Shown: positions 55,042 to 64,000 of the stretch, one piece after another
Layout: every line of letters starts with the position of its first letter
How positions within the stretch are numbered: position 1 is the first letter of the stretch
Assembly: GCA_965112635.1 (NCBI GenBank)
Contig: OZ218778.1
Coordinates: 896,001 to 960,000 of the forward strand
From: an uncultured bacterium
Lineage (GTDB): Bacteria > Oederibacteriota > Oederibacteriia > Oederibacteriales > Oederibacteriaceae
Length of the DNA stretch: 64,000 nucleotides
Direction: 5' to 3'
The notes under the pieces: generated by a model
What the model saw: only the letters and a program-made list of their open reading frames with translations
What the model was told of the DNA's origin: nothing
The model's database searches: none
Program-made: the position numbers and the translations under genes

Positions 55042-55734
55042 ATGCACGAAAGACGATTAAAAATATTTTTATTCTTATTGTTCATGCTGGTGCTTTTTTG
55101 CTTCTTTTATTTCGGGGTACCGAAATATTTGACCTTCGAGAACATCAAGAACAGCCAGGACGATCTTGTTGATTATTACGGGGACCACACCTATTTTGCC
55201 CTTCTTGTCTTTTTCATGATCTGCACCGCCTGGACCGCGTTCTCTTTCCCGGTCCCGCTTCTGCTCACCATCACCGGAGGGGCTATCTTCGGGATCGCCG
55301 TGACCGTGCCGCTGGCTGTCCTGTCCGTGGCCCTGGGCGGGACCATGGCCTTTCTTTCCTCAAGGTATATTTTTGGAAAGCTGGTCGGGGACAAGTTTGG
55401 GGGCCATTTGAAAGCTTTTGAGGAAGAGATAGAACGGAACGGGGTTTATTATCTTTTGTTCGTCAGGCTGATCCCGGGGGTCCCGTACTTTTTGGTCAAT
55501 ATCCTGGCCGGGGTCACCCGGGTCAAATCCATGACTTTTTTCTGGACGACCCTGGTCGGGCTGATCCCGCTCGTGGTCATTGAGGCCAACGCGGGCCAGC
55601 AGCTGGCCAATATTGACTCTCCCGAGGAGATCTTCACGCCGGGGATCATGATCTCTTTGGGATTGCTGGGAGTGATCTCGATCCTGCCGGTGCTCTACAG
55701 GAAAATCAAGAGGAAGAAACCCGCCGCTGCCTAG
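55042..55734 (+). CDS. TVP38/TMEM64 (VTT/DedA superfamily) membrane protein
   Basis: GGAIFG, GGT.AFL.SRY, RLIPGVPY.LVN and FFWTT.VG.IP motifs. Confidence 0.9.
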   Translation: MHERRLKIFLFLLFMLVLFCFFYFGVPKYLTFENIKNSQDDLVDYYGDHTYFALLVFFMICTAWTAFSFPVPLLLTITGGAIFGIAVTVPLAVLSVALGGTMAFLSSRYIFGKLVGDKFGGHLKAFEEEIERNGVYYLLFVRLIPGVPYFLVNILAGVTRVKSMTFFWTTLVGLIPLVVIEANAGQQLANIDSPEEIFTPGIMISLGLLGVISILPVLYRKIKRKKPAAA

Positions 55735-55753
55735 CGACTGGAACCGCTCGCCT

Positions 55754-56599
55754 TTAAACCCCGCTAAAAGCGCTGAATCCGCCATCCACCGGCACCACGA
55801 TCCCGTTGATAAAGCTCGCGCCCGGGCTGCAAAGCCAGACCAGGGTGTTGACCAGCTCCTCGGCCTCTCCGAAACGGCCTGTGGGGGTGTGGTTGATGAT
55901 GGTCTGGCCCCTTGGGGTGAGGCTGCCGTCGGGGTTGGTGAGGAGGGACCTGTTCTGTTCGCCGATGAAAAAACCGGGGGCGATGGCGTTGACCCTGATG
56001 CCCGGTCCGTATTTTTGGGCCAGGTCCGTGGAAAGCCATTTGGTGAAGTTTTCCACCGCGGCCTTGGCCGCGGAGTAGCCCACCACCCTGGTCAGGGGGC
56101 GGGACGCGTTCATCGAGGAGATGTTGACGATGCAGCCTTTTTTGGACCCTGTTTTACCCGTGGAAAAGCCGGTCAACACCGGCCCAAAGACCAGGGTGGG
56201 CAGGATGGTGCCGAACAGATTGAGCTCCACCACGTCCCTTAAAGCCTGGATCGGCACGTCAAAAATATGGCCGTCCGGAGGAAGGGTCGCAGCGGGCTTG
56301 TTGCCGCCGGCCGCGTTGACCAGGATGTCCACCTTGCCCCATTTGGCAAGGACGATGTCGCGGGCCTTTTCCAGCTGAGCTTTGTCCAGCACAGAGGCCG
56401 GGAGGGGGATGGCCTCACTGCCCTCTTTTTGTATCTCTGCGGCCACTTCGTTATAGCGGTCGATGGCCAGAAGCCCCACTTTGGCGCCGGCCAGGGCCAA
56501 TCCTTTGGCCATATGGGTGCCCAAGACGCCCGTGCTGCCGGTCACAACCGCGACCTGACCTTCTAGGCTGAACTGCTTTTTCAGAAAATCTTCCAACAT
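55754..56599 (-). CDS. SDR oxidoreductase, probable D-mannonate (fructuronate) oxidoreductase
   Basis: TGSTGVLG, NAAGGN, PLTRVVGYSAAK, NAIAPGFF..QNR.LL and VDGGFSAFSGV motifs. Lies downstream of uxaC. Confidence 0.85.
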   Translation of the reverse strand: MLEDFLKKQFSLEGQVAVVTGSTGVLGTHMAKGLALAGAKVGLLAIDRYNEVAAEIQKEGSEAIPLPASVLDKAQLEKARDIVLAKWGKVDILVNAAGGNKPAATLPPDGHIFDVPIQALRDVVELNLFGTILPTLVFGPVLTGFSTGKTGSKKGCIVNISSMNASRPLTRVVGYSAAKAAVENFTKWLSTDLAQKYGPGIRVNAIAPGFFIGEQNRSLLTNPDGSLTPRGQTIINHTPTGRFGEAEELVNTLVWLCSPGASFINGIVVPVDGGFSAFSGV

Positions 56600-56614
56600 G
56601 GTTTTCTCCTTTTC

Positions 56615-58036
56615 TCAATCTAGGCGGTAGGCTTTTTTAGCCAGCGTGTAGGCGAAAGCTTCGGCCAGTTCAGGCGCCTGCTCCCTGTCGATAAGTCCGT
56701 GAACGACCTGTCCGGCCAGCCAGTTGCAGGTGACCCGGCGCCAGACGTCGTGACGCGCCGGGATAGAAGCGAAGGCGCGGGTGTCGTCGTTGAACCCGGC
56801 GGTGTTATAGATGCCGGCGGTCTCCACAACCTGGTCCAGGTAACGTTGCATCCCATTGACGCTGTCATGGAACCACCAGGGCGGGCCCAGGACCAGGGCC
56901 GGGTAGTGCCCGGCCAGGGTGGCCAGCTCACGGCTGTAATTGGTCTCGTCGAGGGTGAACAGGATGAGCTTTAAGCGGGTGTCCGAGCCGTAGGTGTTCA
57001 AAAGTTTATGGAGGTTGTGGGTCCATTCGACCTGGACCGGGATGTCCGCGCCCTTGTCCAAGCCAAAACGGTTATAGACGGAACGGTTGTGGTTGCGGAA
57101 ACTGCCGACATGCAGCTGCATGACCAATCCGTCCTCGCAACTCATCCGGGCGAACTCCATCAGCATGTGGGCGGTGAAGCGGGCGGCATCATCCTTTTCC
57201 AGCCTGCCTTTAAGAGCGTGCTGGAAAATGTTCTCCGCCTCCGGGTCCGACAGGCGCTCCGTATAGGGGGCCAGGGCCGCGTGGTCCGTGGCCACAGCGC
57301 CGTTTTGTTGGAAAAAGGCCCGCCGGTCCTCTATGGCTTTGATGAACTTTTTATAACTGTCCACGGCGGTCCCCGTGACTTCGCTCAAATGCTGGATATT
57401 GTTCAGCCACCCTTTCATGTCCAGGTTGACTACGGCATCCGGCCTGAAACAAGGGAGGACCCTGCCTTTGCCCAAGGCTTTTTGTATCTTCCGGTGCTCC
57501 TCCAGGGTGTCTGTGGCAGGGTCCGTGGTGCTCATGACCTCTATCTTGAACTTTTTGAACAGAGCCCTGGGACTGTAAGCGGGGCTCGCCAGTTTTTCCT
57601 GCAATTCATCATAGAGAATCCGGGCATTCTTAGGGCTGGGTTTTTCTTTGATCCCAAAAACATTAATGAGTTCGTCGGAGATCCACAGGCCGCTGGGCGT
57701 GCCGGCGAAAAGATGAAAATTTTCGGCGAAGAGCTGCCAGATGCGGCGGTGGTCGGTTTCCACCGCAGAGCCATCCTGGCTAGGGACTCCCAGGCGCTCC
57801 ATCGGGATGCCTTGGCTAAAGAGCATCCGGAAAACATAGTGGTCGGGGATGATGAACATTTGGGCCGGTGTGCCGAAGGTGGCTTTTTCAGCGGCCAAAA
57901 GGCCAGGGCTCACGTGCCCATGCGGGCTTATGATGGGAAGGGATTTTACCTTGGAATAAAGCTGGCGGGTCAGCTTGCGCTGGGACGGCTCCGGGTCAAA
58001 ACAACGGTCTGGGGAAAGCTGCCAGGTCTTTTTCAT
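56615..58036 (-). CDS. uxaC: Glucuronate (uronate) isomerase
   Basis: LPIISPHGH, DHYVFRML, QLHVG, PWWFHDS and FNDDTRAF.SI.ARHD motifs. Confidence 0.95.
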   Translation of the reverse strand: MKKTWQLSPDRCFDPEPSQRKLTRQLYSKVKSLPIISPHGHVSPGLLAAEKATFGTPAQMFIIPDHYVFRMLFSQGIPMERLGVPSQDGSAVETDHRRIWQLFAENFHLFAGTPSGLWISDELINVFGIKEKPSPKNARILYDELQEKLASPAYSPRALFKKFKIEVMSTTDPATDTLEEHRKIQKALGKGRVLPCFRPDAVVNLDMKGWLNNIQHLSEVTGTAVDSYKKFIKAIEDRRAFFQQNGAVATDHAALAPYTERLSDPEAENIFQHALKGRLEKDDAARFTAHMLMEFARMSCEDGLVMQLHVGSFRNHNRSVYNRFGLDKGADIPVQVEWTHNLHKLLNTYGSDTRLKLILFTLDETNYSRELATLAGHYPALVLGPPWWFHDSVNGMQRYLDQVVETAGIYNTAGFNDDTRAFASIPARHDVWRRVTCNWLAGQVVHGLIDREQAPELAEAFAYTLAKKAYRLD

Positions 58037-58185
58037 GAAAAGAGAATAACATTCTCCGGAATGACCTGTAAAGATGGTGTTTCTTTTCTCTTTAGACGCT
58101 GGTGGGTTTACGCCTTTTTTCATATCAGATTCAGTGCCCTATGATAGGATATTTTTATTCGTGAGCAACCCGAGAAAGGCAAAAA

Positions 58186-59067
58186 GTGCAAACCAACCCT
58201 GCTGTTTTGGAGAGGCGCTCCTGGACGCCCAGCCAGGCGTTCAGCTACTGCGAGTGGCTCACCAAACACCATTACGAGAACTTCCCGGTCGGGTCCTTTT
58301 TTATCCCCAGAGAAAAAAGGCCTTATGTCTGGAGCGTCTATGCGTTTGCCCGGATCGCTGATGATTACGCGGATGAGCTCATCTATAAAGGAAAGAGGCT
58401 GGTTAATCTACAGGAGTGGCAAAAAAAGCTGGCCCTTTGCTCCAAAGGCCAAGCCAAGCACCCGGTTTTCATAGCGCTGGGGCAGACCATCAGGAAATTC
58501 TCCCTGCCGGTATCCTTATTGCGGGACCTTTTGACCGCTTTTGAGATGGATGTGAAAAAAAAGCGATACAAAACCTTTCGGGAGGTGCTGCATTACTGCT
58601 GCTATTCAGCCAACCCCGTGGGACGGCTGGTCCTGCTCCTTTTCGGCATCAAGAACTCGAAGCTTTTCAAATATTCGGATTCCATCTGCACGGGCCTGCA
58701 ACTGGCCAATTTCTGGCAGGATGTGGGCGTGGACCTGGAAAAAGACAGGATCTACCTGCCCCAGGAGGACCTGATAAAATTCGGTTACAGCGAAAAAGAC
58801 CTTTTTAAGCGGGTGGGGGACCAGAGATTCATCCGGCTGATGCAGTTCCAGGTCGACAGGACCAGAAAGATTTTTTTGGCCGGCCGGCCTCTCCTGAAAT
58901 TTCTGAAAGGCAGGTTGAAATTTGAGATCAAGCTGACCTGGCTGGGAGGGAACAAGATATTGGATAAGGTCCAGAGGCATCCTGCTTCTGTTTTCAGCCA
59001 TCGTTCCATCATCGGCCTTTCCGACAAGATGGACATCCTTTGCAAAGCGCTGAGCCAAAAGGACTGA
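58186..59067 (+). CDS. hpnC: Hydroxysqualene synthase HpnC
   Basis: HYENFPVGS, YAFARIADD.AD, SANPVGR and QLANFWQD motifs. Confidence 0.92.
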   Translation: MQTNPAVLERRSWTPSQAFSYCEWLTKHHYENFPVGSFFIPREKRPYVWSVYAFARIADDYADELIYKGKRLVNLQEWQKKLALCSKGQAKHPVFIALGQTIRKFSLPVSLLRDLLTAFEMDVKKKRYKTFREVLHYCCYSANPVGRLVLLLFGIKNSKLFKYSDSICTGLQLANFWQDVGVDLEKDRIYLPQEDLIKFGYSEKDLFKRVGDQRFIRLMQFQVDRTRKIFLAGRPLLKFLKGRLKFEIKLTWLGGNKILDKVQRHPASVFSHRSIIGLSDKMDILCKALSQKD

Positions 59068-59070
59068 GCA

Positions 59071-59895
59071 ATGACAGGCAACCAAGAGACCATCCGCCGC
59101 ACCAGCAATTTTTACCCTTCCTTCGGGCTCCTGCCGTCCCGGGCTCACCGGGCCCTGGGGACCCTCTATGATTTTTGCCGGGAGAGCGACGACCGAGTGG
59201 ACGCGGACCTGCCGGTCCCCAAGAGGCGGAAGCTTTTAAGGGAATGGGAAAAAGAGCTCAAACGGTGTTACCACGGTGAACCCGAGCACCCTGTCGCCAA
59301 GGCGCTGCAGTCCTTGCTGCAGGAATTTCCCATACCCCAGAAATATTTTGAGGACCTTCTGCGCGGTATGGCCATGGACCTGGACCGGAGGCGGTACCCC
59401 ACCTTTAAAGCGCTAGCCTTATATTTTTACCGGGTTGCCGGGGTCGTGGGCCTGATGTGTCTCAAGGTTTTCGGGGTCAGCGAAACCGCGGGCAGAGCCT
59501 ACGCCCTCCATCTGGCCACGGCGCTGCAGCTGACCAATATCATCCGTGATGTCAGGACCGACCTTATAATGGAAAGGATCTATTTCCCTCTGGAGGATTT
59601 CAAGCGTCTGGGTTATTCCCTGGAGGATTACCGGCAAGGCGTATGGAACAAAGAGGCGGAAAAATTCTTTTCTTTTCAAATCCAGAGGGCCAAAGGATAT
59701 TTTGAGTCAGCCCGGCATCGTTTACCCGTCCAGGAAAGGAAAAAGATCCGAGCCGCGCGGGTCATGGGGATCATTTACGAGAAGATCCTCAATAAGATCG
59801 CCAAAGACCCGCAGAGGATTTTCCGCGGAAAGGTCAGCATTTCCAAGTGGGCGAAGTTCACCGCGGTGCTGCAAGCCGTTTTCACCAGCCGTTAA
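59071..59895 (+). CDS. hpnD: Presqualene diphosphate synthase HpnD
   Basis: SNFY..F, Y.FCR..DD, VAGVVG and LQLTNIIRDV motifs. Lies between hpnC and hpnE. Confidence 0.88.
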   Translation: MTGNQETIRRTSNFYPSFGLLPSRAHRALGTLYDFCRESDDRVDADLPVPKRRKLLREWEKELKRCYHGEPEHPVAKALQSLLQEFPIPQKYFEDLLRGMAMDLDRRRYPTFKALALYFYRVAGVVGLMCLKVFGVSETAGRAYALHLATALQLTNIIRDVRTDLIMERIYFPLEDFKRLGYSLEDYRQGVWNKEAEKFFSFQIQRAKGYFESARHRLPVQERKKIRAARVMGIIYEKILNKIAKDPQRIFRGKVSISKWAKFTAVLQAVFTSR

Positions 59896-59938
59896 AAGAG
59901 CGCTGGATCCAGGCAACCGGTTAAGAGGAAGAGGTTAG

Positions 59939-61267
59939 ATGGCAAGAGATCCAGAAGCCATTATTGTGGGGGCGGGATTGGCCGGGCTGGCCGCCGGCGT
60001 GGACCTGGCTGAGCAGGGGATCAAGGTGCTGGTCCTGGAAAAAAGGGAGACGCTCGGGGGCCGGGCCAGTTCTTTTAAGGACCCTAAAACCGGCCAAAGC
60101 GTGGACAACGGCCAGCATCTTTTTATGGGATGCTACACCCAGACCCTGGAATTCTTTAATAAGATCCAGGCCCTGGATAAACTGGAGTTCCAGAAAACCC
60201 TTCTTTTGAACTATTTTGAGCCCGGAGGCAGACAAAGCCATCTTGCTTGTCCGAACCTTCCAGCGCCTTTACATCTGTTGTGGGGCCTGCTTAGTTTTAA
60301 GCCTCTTACTTTTTTCTCCAAAGTCGCGGTCTTCAGGGCAGGATCAAAGCTGTCCAGGGGAAACACAGGCAGCGCCAAAACCGTGAGAGAGTGGCTGGAG
60401 CAGGAAAAACAACCGCAGGCAACCAGAAAATATTTTTGGGAACCCCTGGTCCTGGCCACGCTCAATACCGGCCTGCAAAGAGCTTCAGTGAGACTTTTGG
60501 CCACGGTCCTCAAGGCGGGGGTTATGGCCGGCGGAAAATATTCCAGGCTGGGATTTGCCAGAACAGGTTTGAGCCAACTTTACGCCGAGGGCGCCAAAAA
60601 GTTCATTGAGGACAGGGGAGGACGCGTGGAAAGCAAGGCCTCGGTCCAAAACTTCGTGGTCAGCAAGAGCCGGGTCGTTGGGATTAAAATGTACGGGGGC
60701 CGAGTGCTTCCGTGCCCTGCTGTCATCAGCAGCGTGACCCCACATGACCTGCGATCCTTGCTGCCCGTTTCCCTGCAAACCTCCGGCCAGCCTTTCCACT
60801 ATCTCAAAGGTTTACACTCCTCGGCTATCCTGTCGGTGCATCTTTGGCTGGACCGGGAGGCTGTCCCGCTGGAATGGGCAGGGATGCTGGGTACCAGCGT
60901 GCAGTGGATCTTTAACAAAAAGCGTATGTTCCGGCAGGCGGAAGGGGATTATCTTTCGTTGGTCATCAGCGACGCGGACAAGTTCATGAGGATGAAGAGC
61001 AGCGACATCGCAGCGTTGGCCGTAAAAGACCTCCAAAAAGTTTTTAGCAGCGCCAGGGGAGCCAGGGTTTTGCGCCACTGGGTGGTCAAAGAACCTTTTG
61101 CGACCCTTTCCGCCGACCCCAAGGTGCAAGCGCTCAGGCCCGGATGCCGGACCAACCTAAAAAATCTTTTCCTGGCCGGCGACTGGACCGATACCGGTCT
61201 GCCAGCCACCATGGAGAGCGCAGTAAAAAGCGGCAGGATTGCGGCCAAAGCGGTCATGGACAGGTAG
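59939..61267 (+). CDS. hpnE: Hydroxysqualene dehydroxylase HpnE
   Basis: GAGLAGL, GGRASSF, DNGQHLFMG and LAGDWTDTGLPATMESAV.SG motifs. Confidence 0.92.
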   Translation: MARDPEAIIVGAGLAGLAAGVDLAEQGIKVLVLEKRETLGGRASSFKDPKTGQSVDNGQHLFMGCYTQTLEFFNKIQALDKLEFQKTLLLNYFEPGGRQSHLACPNLPAPLHLLWGLLSFKPLTFFSKVAVFRAGSKLSRGNTGSAKTVREWLEQEKQPQATRKYFWEPLVLATLNTGLQRASVRLLATVLKAGVMAGGKYSRLGFARTGLSQLYAEGAKKFIEDRGGRVESKASVQNFVVSKSRVVGIKMYGGRVLPCPAVISSVTPHDLRSLLPVSLQTSGQPFHYLKGLHSSAILSVHLWLDREAVPLEWAGMLGTSVQWIFNKKRMFRQAEGDYLSLVISDADKFMRMKSSDIAALAVKDLQKVFSSARGARVLRHWVVKEPFATLSADPKVQALRPGCRTNLKNLFLAGDWTDTGLPATMESAVKSGRIAAKAVMDR

Positions 61268-61339
61268 TTTTTTAAAATGTTAAAATATGTTAGATTATGG
61301 CTGGTTTAACATCGCTTTGTAAAGGAACAGGAGAGAACG

Positions 61340-61666
61340 TTGGCTAAAAGCACAAGACGAAGCGTTTCGAAGAGCAAGGGAGAACTGCTCAACGGGAAGA
61401 TGAGGCGGTTTTTTCTGGGCATTTTCAGGCCCCTTTATATCAAGCGGCAGATGGCCCTGCGCCGGGGAGCGTGCAAAAGGTGCGGCAACTGCTGCGCGAT
61501 CGCCTTTAGCTGCCCGTTTTTAAAGACCGCAGATGGCATCACGGCCTGCGCCATATACGGTTTTCGTCCTTCCCAGTGCGCCCTGTTCCCCATTGACGAA
61601 CGGGACCTGGCAGAAATACCCAAGGGATGCGGATTTTATTTTAAAGCCGGGAAAAAGAGGGTTTAA
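61340..61666 (+). CDS. Small cysteine-cluster protein (YkgJ/CxxCxxCC-like)
   Basis: CKRCGNCC...CPFL...CAIY..RP.QC..FP pattern. TTG start after AGGAG. Confidence 0.7.
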   Translation: MAKSTRRSVSKSKGELLNGKMRRFFLGIFRPLYIKRQMALRRGACKRCGNCCAIAFSCPFLKTADGITACAIYGFRPSQCALFPIDERDLAEIPKGCGFYFKAGKKRV

Positions 61667-61667
61667 C

Positions 61668-63062
61668 ATGAGGTCCAAAGCAAAATTATTAATGTTCGTT
61701 TTGGCCGTTGCCTTCAGCGGGATGGCCCTGACCAAGCCCGGAGTTTCAGTGAAGCCGCTTACCGTCAAATTCCAGGACCAGTTCGTTTATACCTCGCCGG
61801 TCGTGGCTGATCTGATGCACAACGGCTCTTTTGAGATCATCGCGGCGGGCACCCAGCAGGTCTATGTCCTGAATCCCGACCTTACGGCCCTGGACGGCTG
61901 GCCCAAGGAACTTTTGAGGACCGAGGGAGTATCCGTGTGCGGCACCCCGGCTGTCGGGGATGTCGAGGGGACCGGACACGAAGACATCGTGGCGGTCACC
62001 AAAGGGGACGGCGGGATCCTCAAAGTGTTCGTCTGGGACTACCAGGGCATCGTGGTGCCGGGATGGCCGCAGACCGTCAGGGGCATCATTGATTACGGCG
62101 CGTCGCCGGTCATCGCGGACCTGGAAGGGAACGGCAAAAAGGAGATCATTTTCACGGCGAGCCTGCCGGAAGCCAACGGTAACCCCGGCGTGGTCTATGT
62201 TTTCCAAAGCAACGGCAAGGTCTATCCAGGATGGCCCCAGCAGGTACCGCCCGTGCAGGGGAGTTCCCAGTGGCTTTCGACCCCGGCGGTAGGCCCCCTG
62301 GAAAAAGGGGATAGTCCGGCCATTATTGTCGCCACCATCAACGGCCAGGTCCTGGCGTGGGATCCTACAGGCAAACCGTTGGAGCACTGGCCTGTGCAGG
62401 CCGAGCGGGGGGACCGGTTCTACGTGGCCCCTATCCTGGCGGATATCGACAGGGACGGTTCCATGGAAATAGTGGTGGGCTCGTGCAACGACAACCAGGA
62501 AGGCAATTTTTACGTATGGCGCAGCGACGGCAGTCCGGCCAAAGGCTGGCCCCGCCGTGTCCCCAGCAACATCCAGTCCGAGGCTGCCGTGGGCGACCTG
62601 GAGGGCGACGGAGGGATAGACATCGTGTTCGGGACCAATGTCGGGTCCAGGGTCTACGCGTTCAGGGCCAACGGGCTGATGGTCAAAGGATGGCCGCAGA
62701 AAAAAGGCGAGAGTTATTTTTGCAACTATCCCATCCTGGTGGACCTCAAAGGCGAATCCAAATCCAGCGTGATCATCGGGGCCATGGACCAAAAGATATT
62801 TAATTTCCAGAGCGACGGGAACCTGGCGCCCGGCTGGCCGCAATTGCTGGGCGAACAAAATTCCAGCTTGAGGGCTCCCGCCGTTGCCACGAGGGAACAG
62901 GACCGCTATTACAGCCTGGTCTACCTGGCGAACGATAGTATCTCGCTATGGAAGATGCCCAAACCGCATTTAAAGAAAGGCAAAAAGTCAAAAACTCCTG
63001 ATTGGCCGATGTTCCGCTACTCGCCGGATCACGCGGGTGTATGGCCGCTGACCGAGAAATAG
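61668..63062 (+). CDS. Exported FG-GAP/VCBS-repeat beta-propeller protein
   Basis: Signal peptide, seven P...D...G..EI...(G)WP repeats and a C-terminal DWPMFR. Confidence 0.8.
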   Translation: MRSKAKLLMFVLAVAFSGMALTKPGVSVKPLTVKFQDQFVYTSPVVADLMHNGSFEIIAAGTQQVYVLNPDLTALDGWPKELLRTEGVSVCGTPAVGDVEGTGHEDIVAVTKGDGGILKVFVWDYQGIVVPGWPQTVRGIIDYGASPVIADLEGNGKKEIIFTASLPEANGNPGVVYVFQSNGKVYPGWPQQVPPVQGSSQWLSTPAVGPLEKGDSPAIIVATINGQVLAWDPTGKPLEHWPVQAERGDRFYVAPILADIDRDGSMEIVVGSCNDNQEGNFYVWRSDGSPAKGWPRRVPSNIQSEAAVGDLEGDGGIDIVFGTNVGSRVYAFRANGLMVKGWPQKKGESYFCNYPILVDLKGESKSSVIIGAMDQKIFNFQSDGNLAPGWPQLLGEQNSSLRAPAVATREQDRYYSLVYLANDSISLWKMPKPHLKKGKKSKTPDWPMFRYSPDHAGVWPLTEK

Positions 63063-63064
63063 CC

Positions 63065-63871
63065 GTGCGCCTCGGAATCTCCTCGCTATTCGCAGAAAAT
63101 CTCCCCCTCTTCGATTATTTCCCTTATTTACAAACCGCAGGGATATCCCTCCTGGAGGTCTATTGTTACGGCTATCCCTCCTCTTTGGATGAGGAGTATT
63201 GGAAAACCTTTGCCAGGAAACTCAATGAAAACAATCTCCAGGTCTATTCTTTCCATACCCCGTTTGTAAAGGATGTCTCGTCGGTCGTGGCTTCCAGCAG
63301 GGAGGAGGCAGTCCGGGATATCCAAAAGAGCCTGGTTGCGGCCAAATTTTTGGGAGCACAGTTCGTCATCGTTCACCCGGGAGTTTCCTGTGACCAAGAT
63401 GAAAGAAAAGCCAAGGAGCAGGCGAGCCTCAAGAGCTTAAAGCAAATTTATTTTGACTGCCGGGAAAAAGGGCTGAAAATGGCAGTGGAAAACATGCCGC
63501 TGGGTTATGTGGGAGGCGGGCTGGAGGGCCTGGCCCTGATCATGGAAGGGCTGCCCACGCCGGTGGGAGTGTGCCTGGACGCGGGCCATGCGTTCCTGGC
63601 CAATACCCCGCCGGAAAAGTTCGTGCAGTATTTCGGCCCAAGGCTTTACACCCTGCATTTACACGATAATAACGGCATGGAAGACCAGCATTTTTTGCCC
63701 GGAGAGGGTAAAATAAGATGGCCCGAATTTATTGAGGAGCTCAAACGAAACGGGTTCAAGGGCGTCTTGATGATGGAAGTAGGGAATTATAAGGATCCAA
63801 AGGAGATCATACGCCGGGTCAAGAGCATTGAGGACGATTTTTTGACCGGCCAAAGGGAGGTTAGGCTATGA
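63065..63871 (+). CDS. Sugar phosphate isomerase/epimerase (xylose-isomerase-like TIM barrel)
   Basis: [39 protein letters not shown] and MMEV motifs. Confidence 0.88.
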   Translation: MRLGISSLFAENLPLFDYFPYLQTAGISLLEVYCYGYPSSLDEEYWKTFARKLNENNLQVYSFHTPFVKDVSSVVASSREEAVRDIQKSLVAAKFLGAQFVIVHPGVSCDQDERKAKEQASLKSLKQIYFDCREKGLKMAVENMPLGYVGGGLEGLALIMEGLPTPVGVCLDAGHAFLANTPPEKFVQYFGPRLYTLHLHDNNGMEDQHFLPGEGKIRWPEFIEELKRNGFKGVLMMEVGNYKDPKEIIRRVKSIEDDFLTGQREVRL

Positions 63872-64000
63872 GACCGGACGGCAGGATGCCGGAAAAAATG
63901 AGAGAGGTCAAGATCCAGCGCGGGTTCCTGGCGCATGCGGAAGGGTCTGTATTAGTGGAGATCGGGACGACCAAAGTGATTTGCGCGGTCACGGTAGAGG
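63868..64000 (+). CDS. rph: Ribonuclease PH, 3'-truncated by the window edge
   Basis: [44 protein letters not shown] matches the RNase PH N-terminus. Confidence 0.93.
   Translation, partial: MRPDGRMPEKMREVKIQRGFLAHAEGSVLVEIGTTKVICAVTVE

Noticed and set aside
14201-62858. Long antisense or alternate-frame ORFs (e.g. 14201-15172, 18278-19303, 22307-23455, 57008-58144, 61746-62858)
   Set aside because: These are shadow ORFs of GC3-rich genes. They have no recognisable motifs and fully overlap well-supported CDSs.

Overview
Bacterial chromosomal window of moderate GC, densely coding (about 57 CDS). I found no rRNA, no canonical tRNA, no CRISPR array and no prophage. From 1 to 11 kb there are exported and envelope proteins (MORN-repeat, HEAT-repeat, GT39), a VIT-like membrane protein preceded by a highly structured, riboswitch-like leader, nfo, and a frameshifted Asp-box beta-propeller protein. 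From 11 to 31 kb there is a carbohydrate-active region (MGH1/GH63-like, three GH2, GH78, GH4, ADP-ribosylglycohydrolase, ribokinase). It is interrupted by a GH4 gene flanked by 33-bp direct repeats, an IS200-type element and a Fic gene. From 31 to 39 kb lie an ExeA-like ATPase, parA, parB, a TlpA-like protein, tadA and two sugar-related unknowns. From 39 to 48 kb a minus-strand run of lipoprotein and outer-membrane genes is headed by an ECF sigma/anti-sigma pair. From 48 to 64 kb are nagB/nagA, glcE/glcF, queG, uxaC plus an SDR, hpnCDE, an FG-GAP propeller and the start of rph. Lipoproteins and beta-barrel-like proteins suggest a diderm. Thr/Pro-linker proteins with a YP(N/D)P C-terminal domain hint at a candidate-phylum organism (inference only). 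The best leads are the structured RNA at 6256-6443, the repeat-flanked GH4 cassette and the shared C-terminal sorting-like domain. All calls come from reading motifs by eye; no searches were run.
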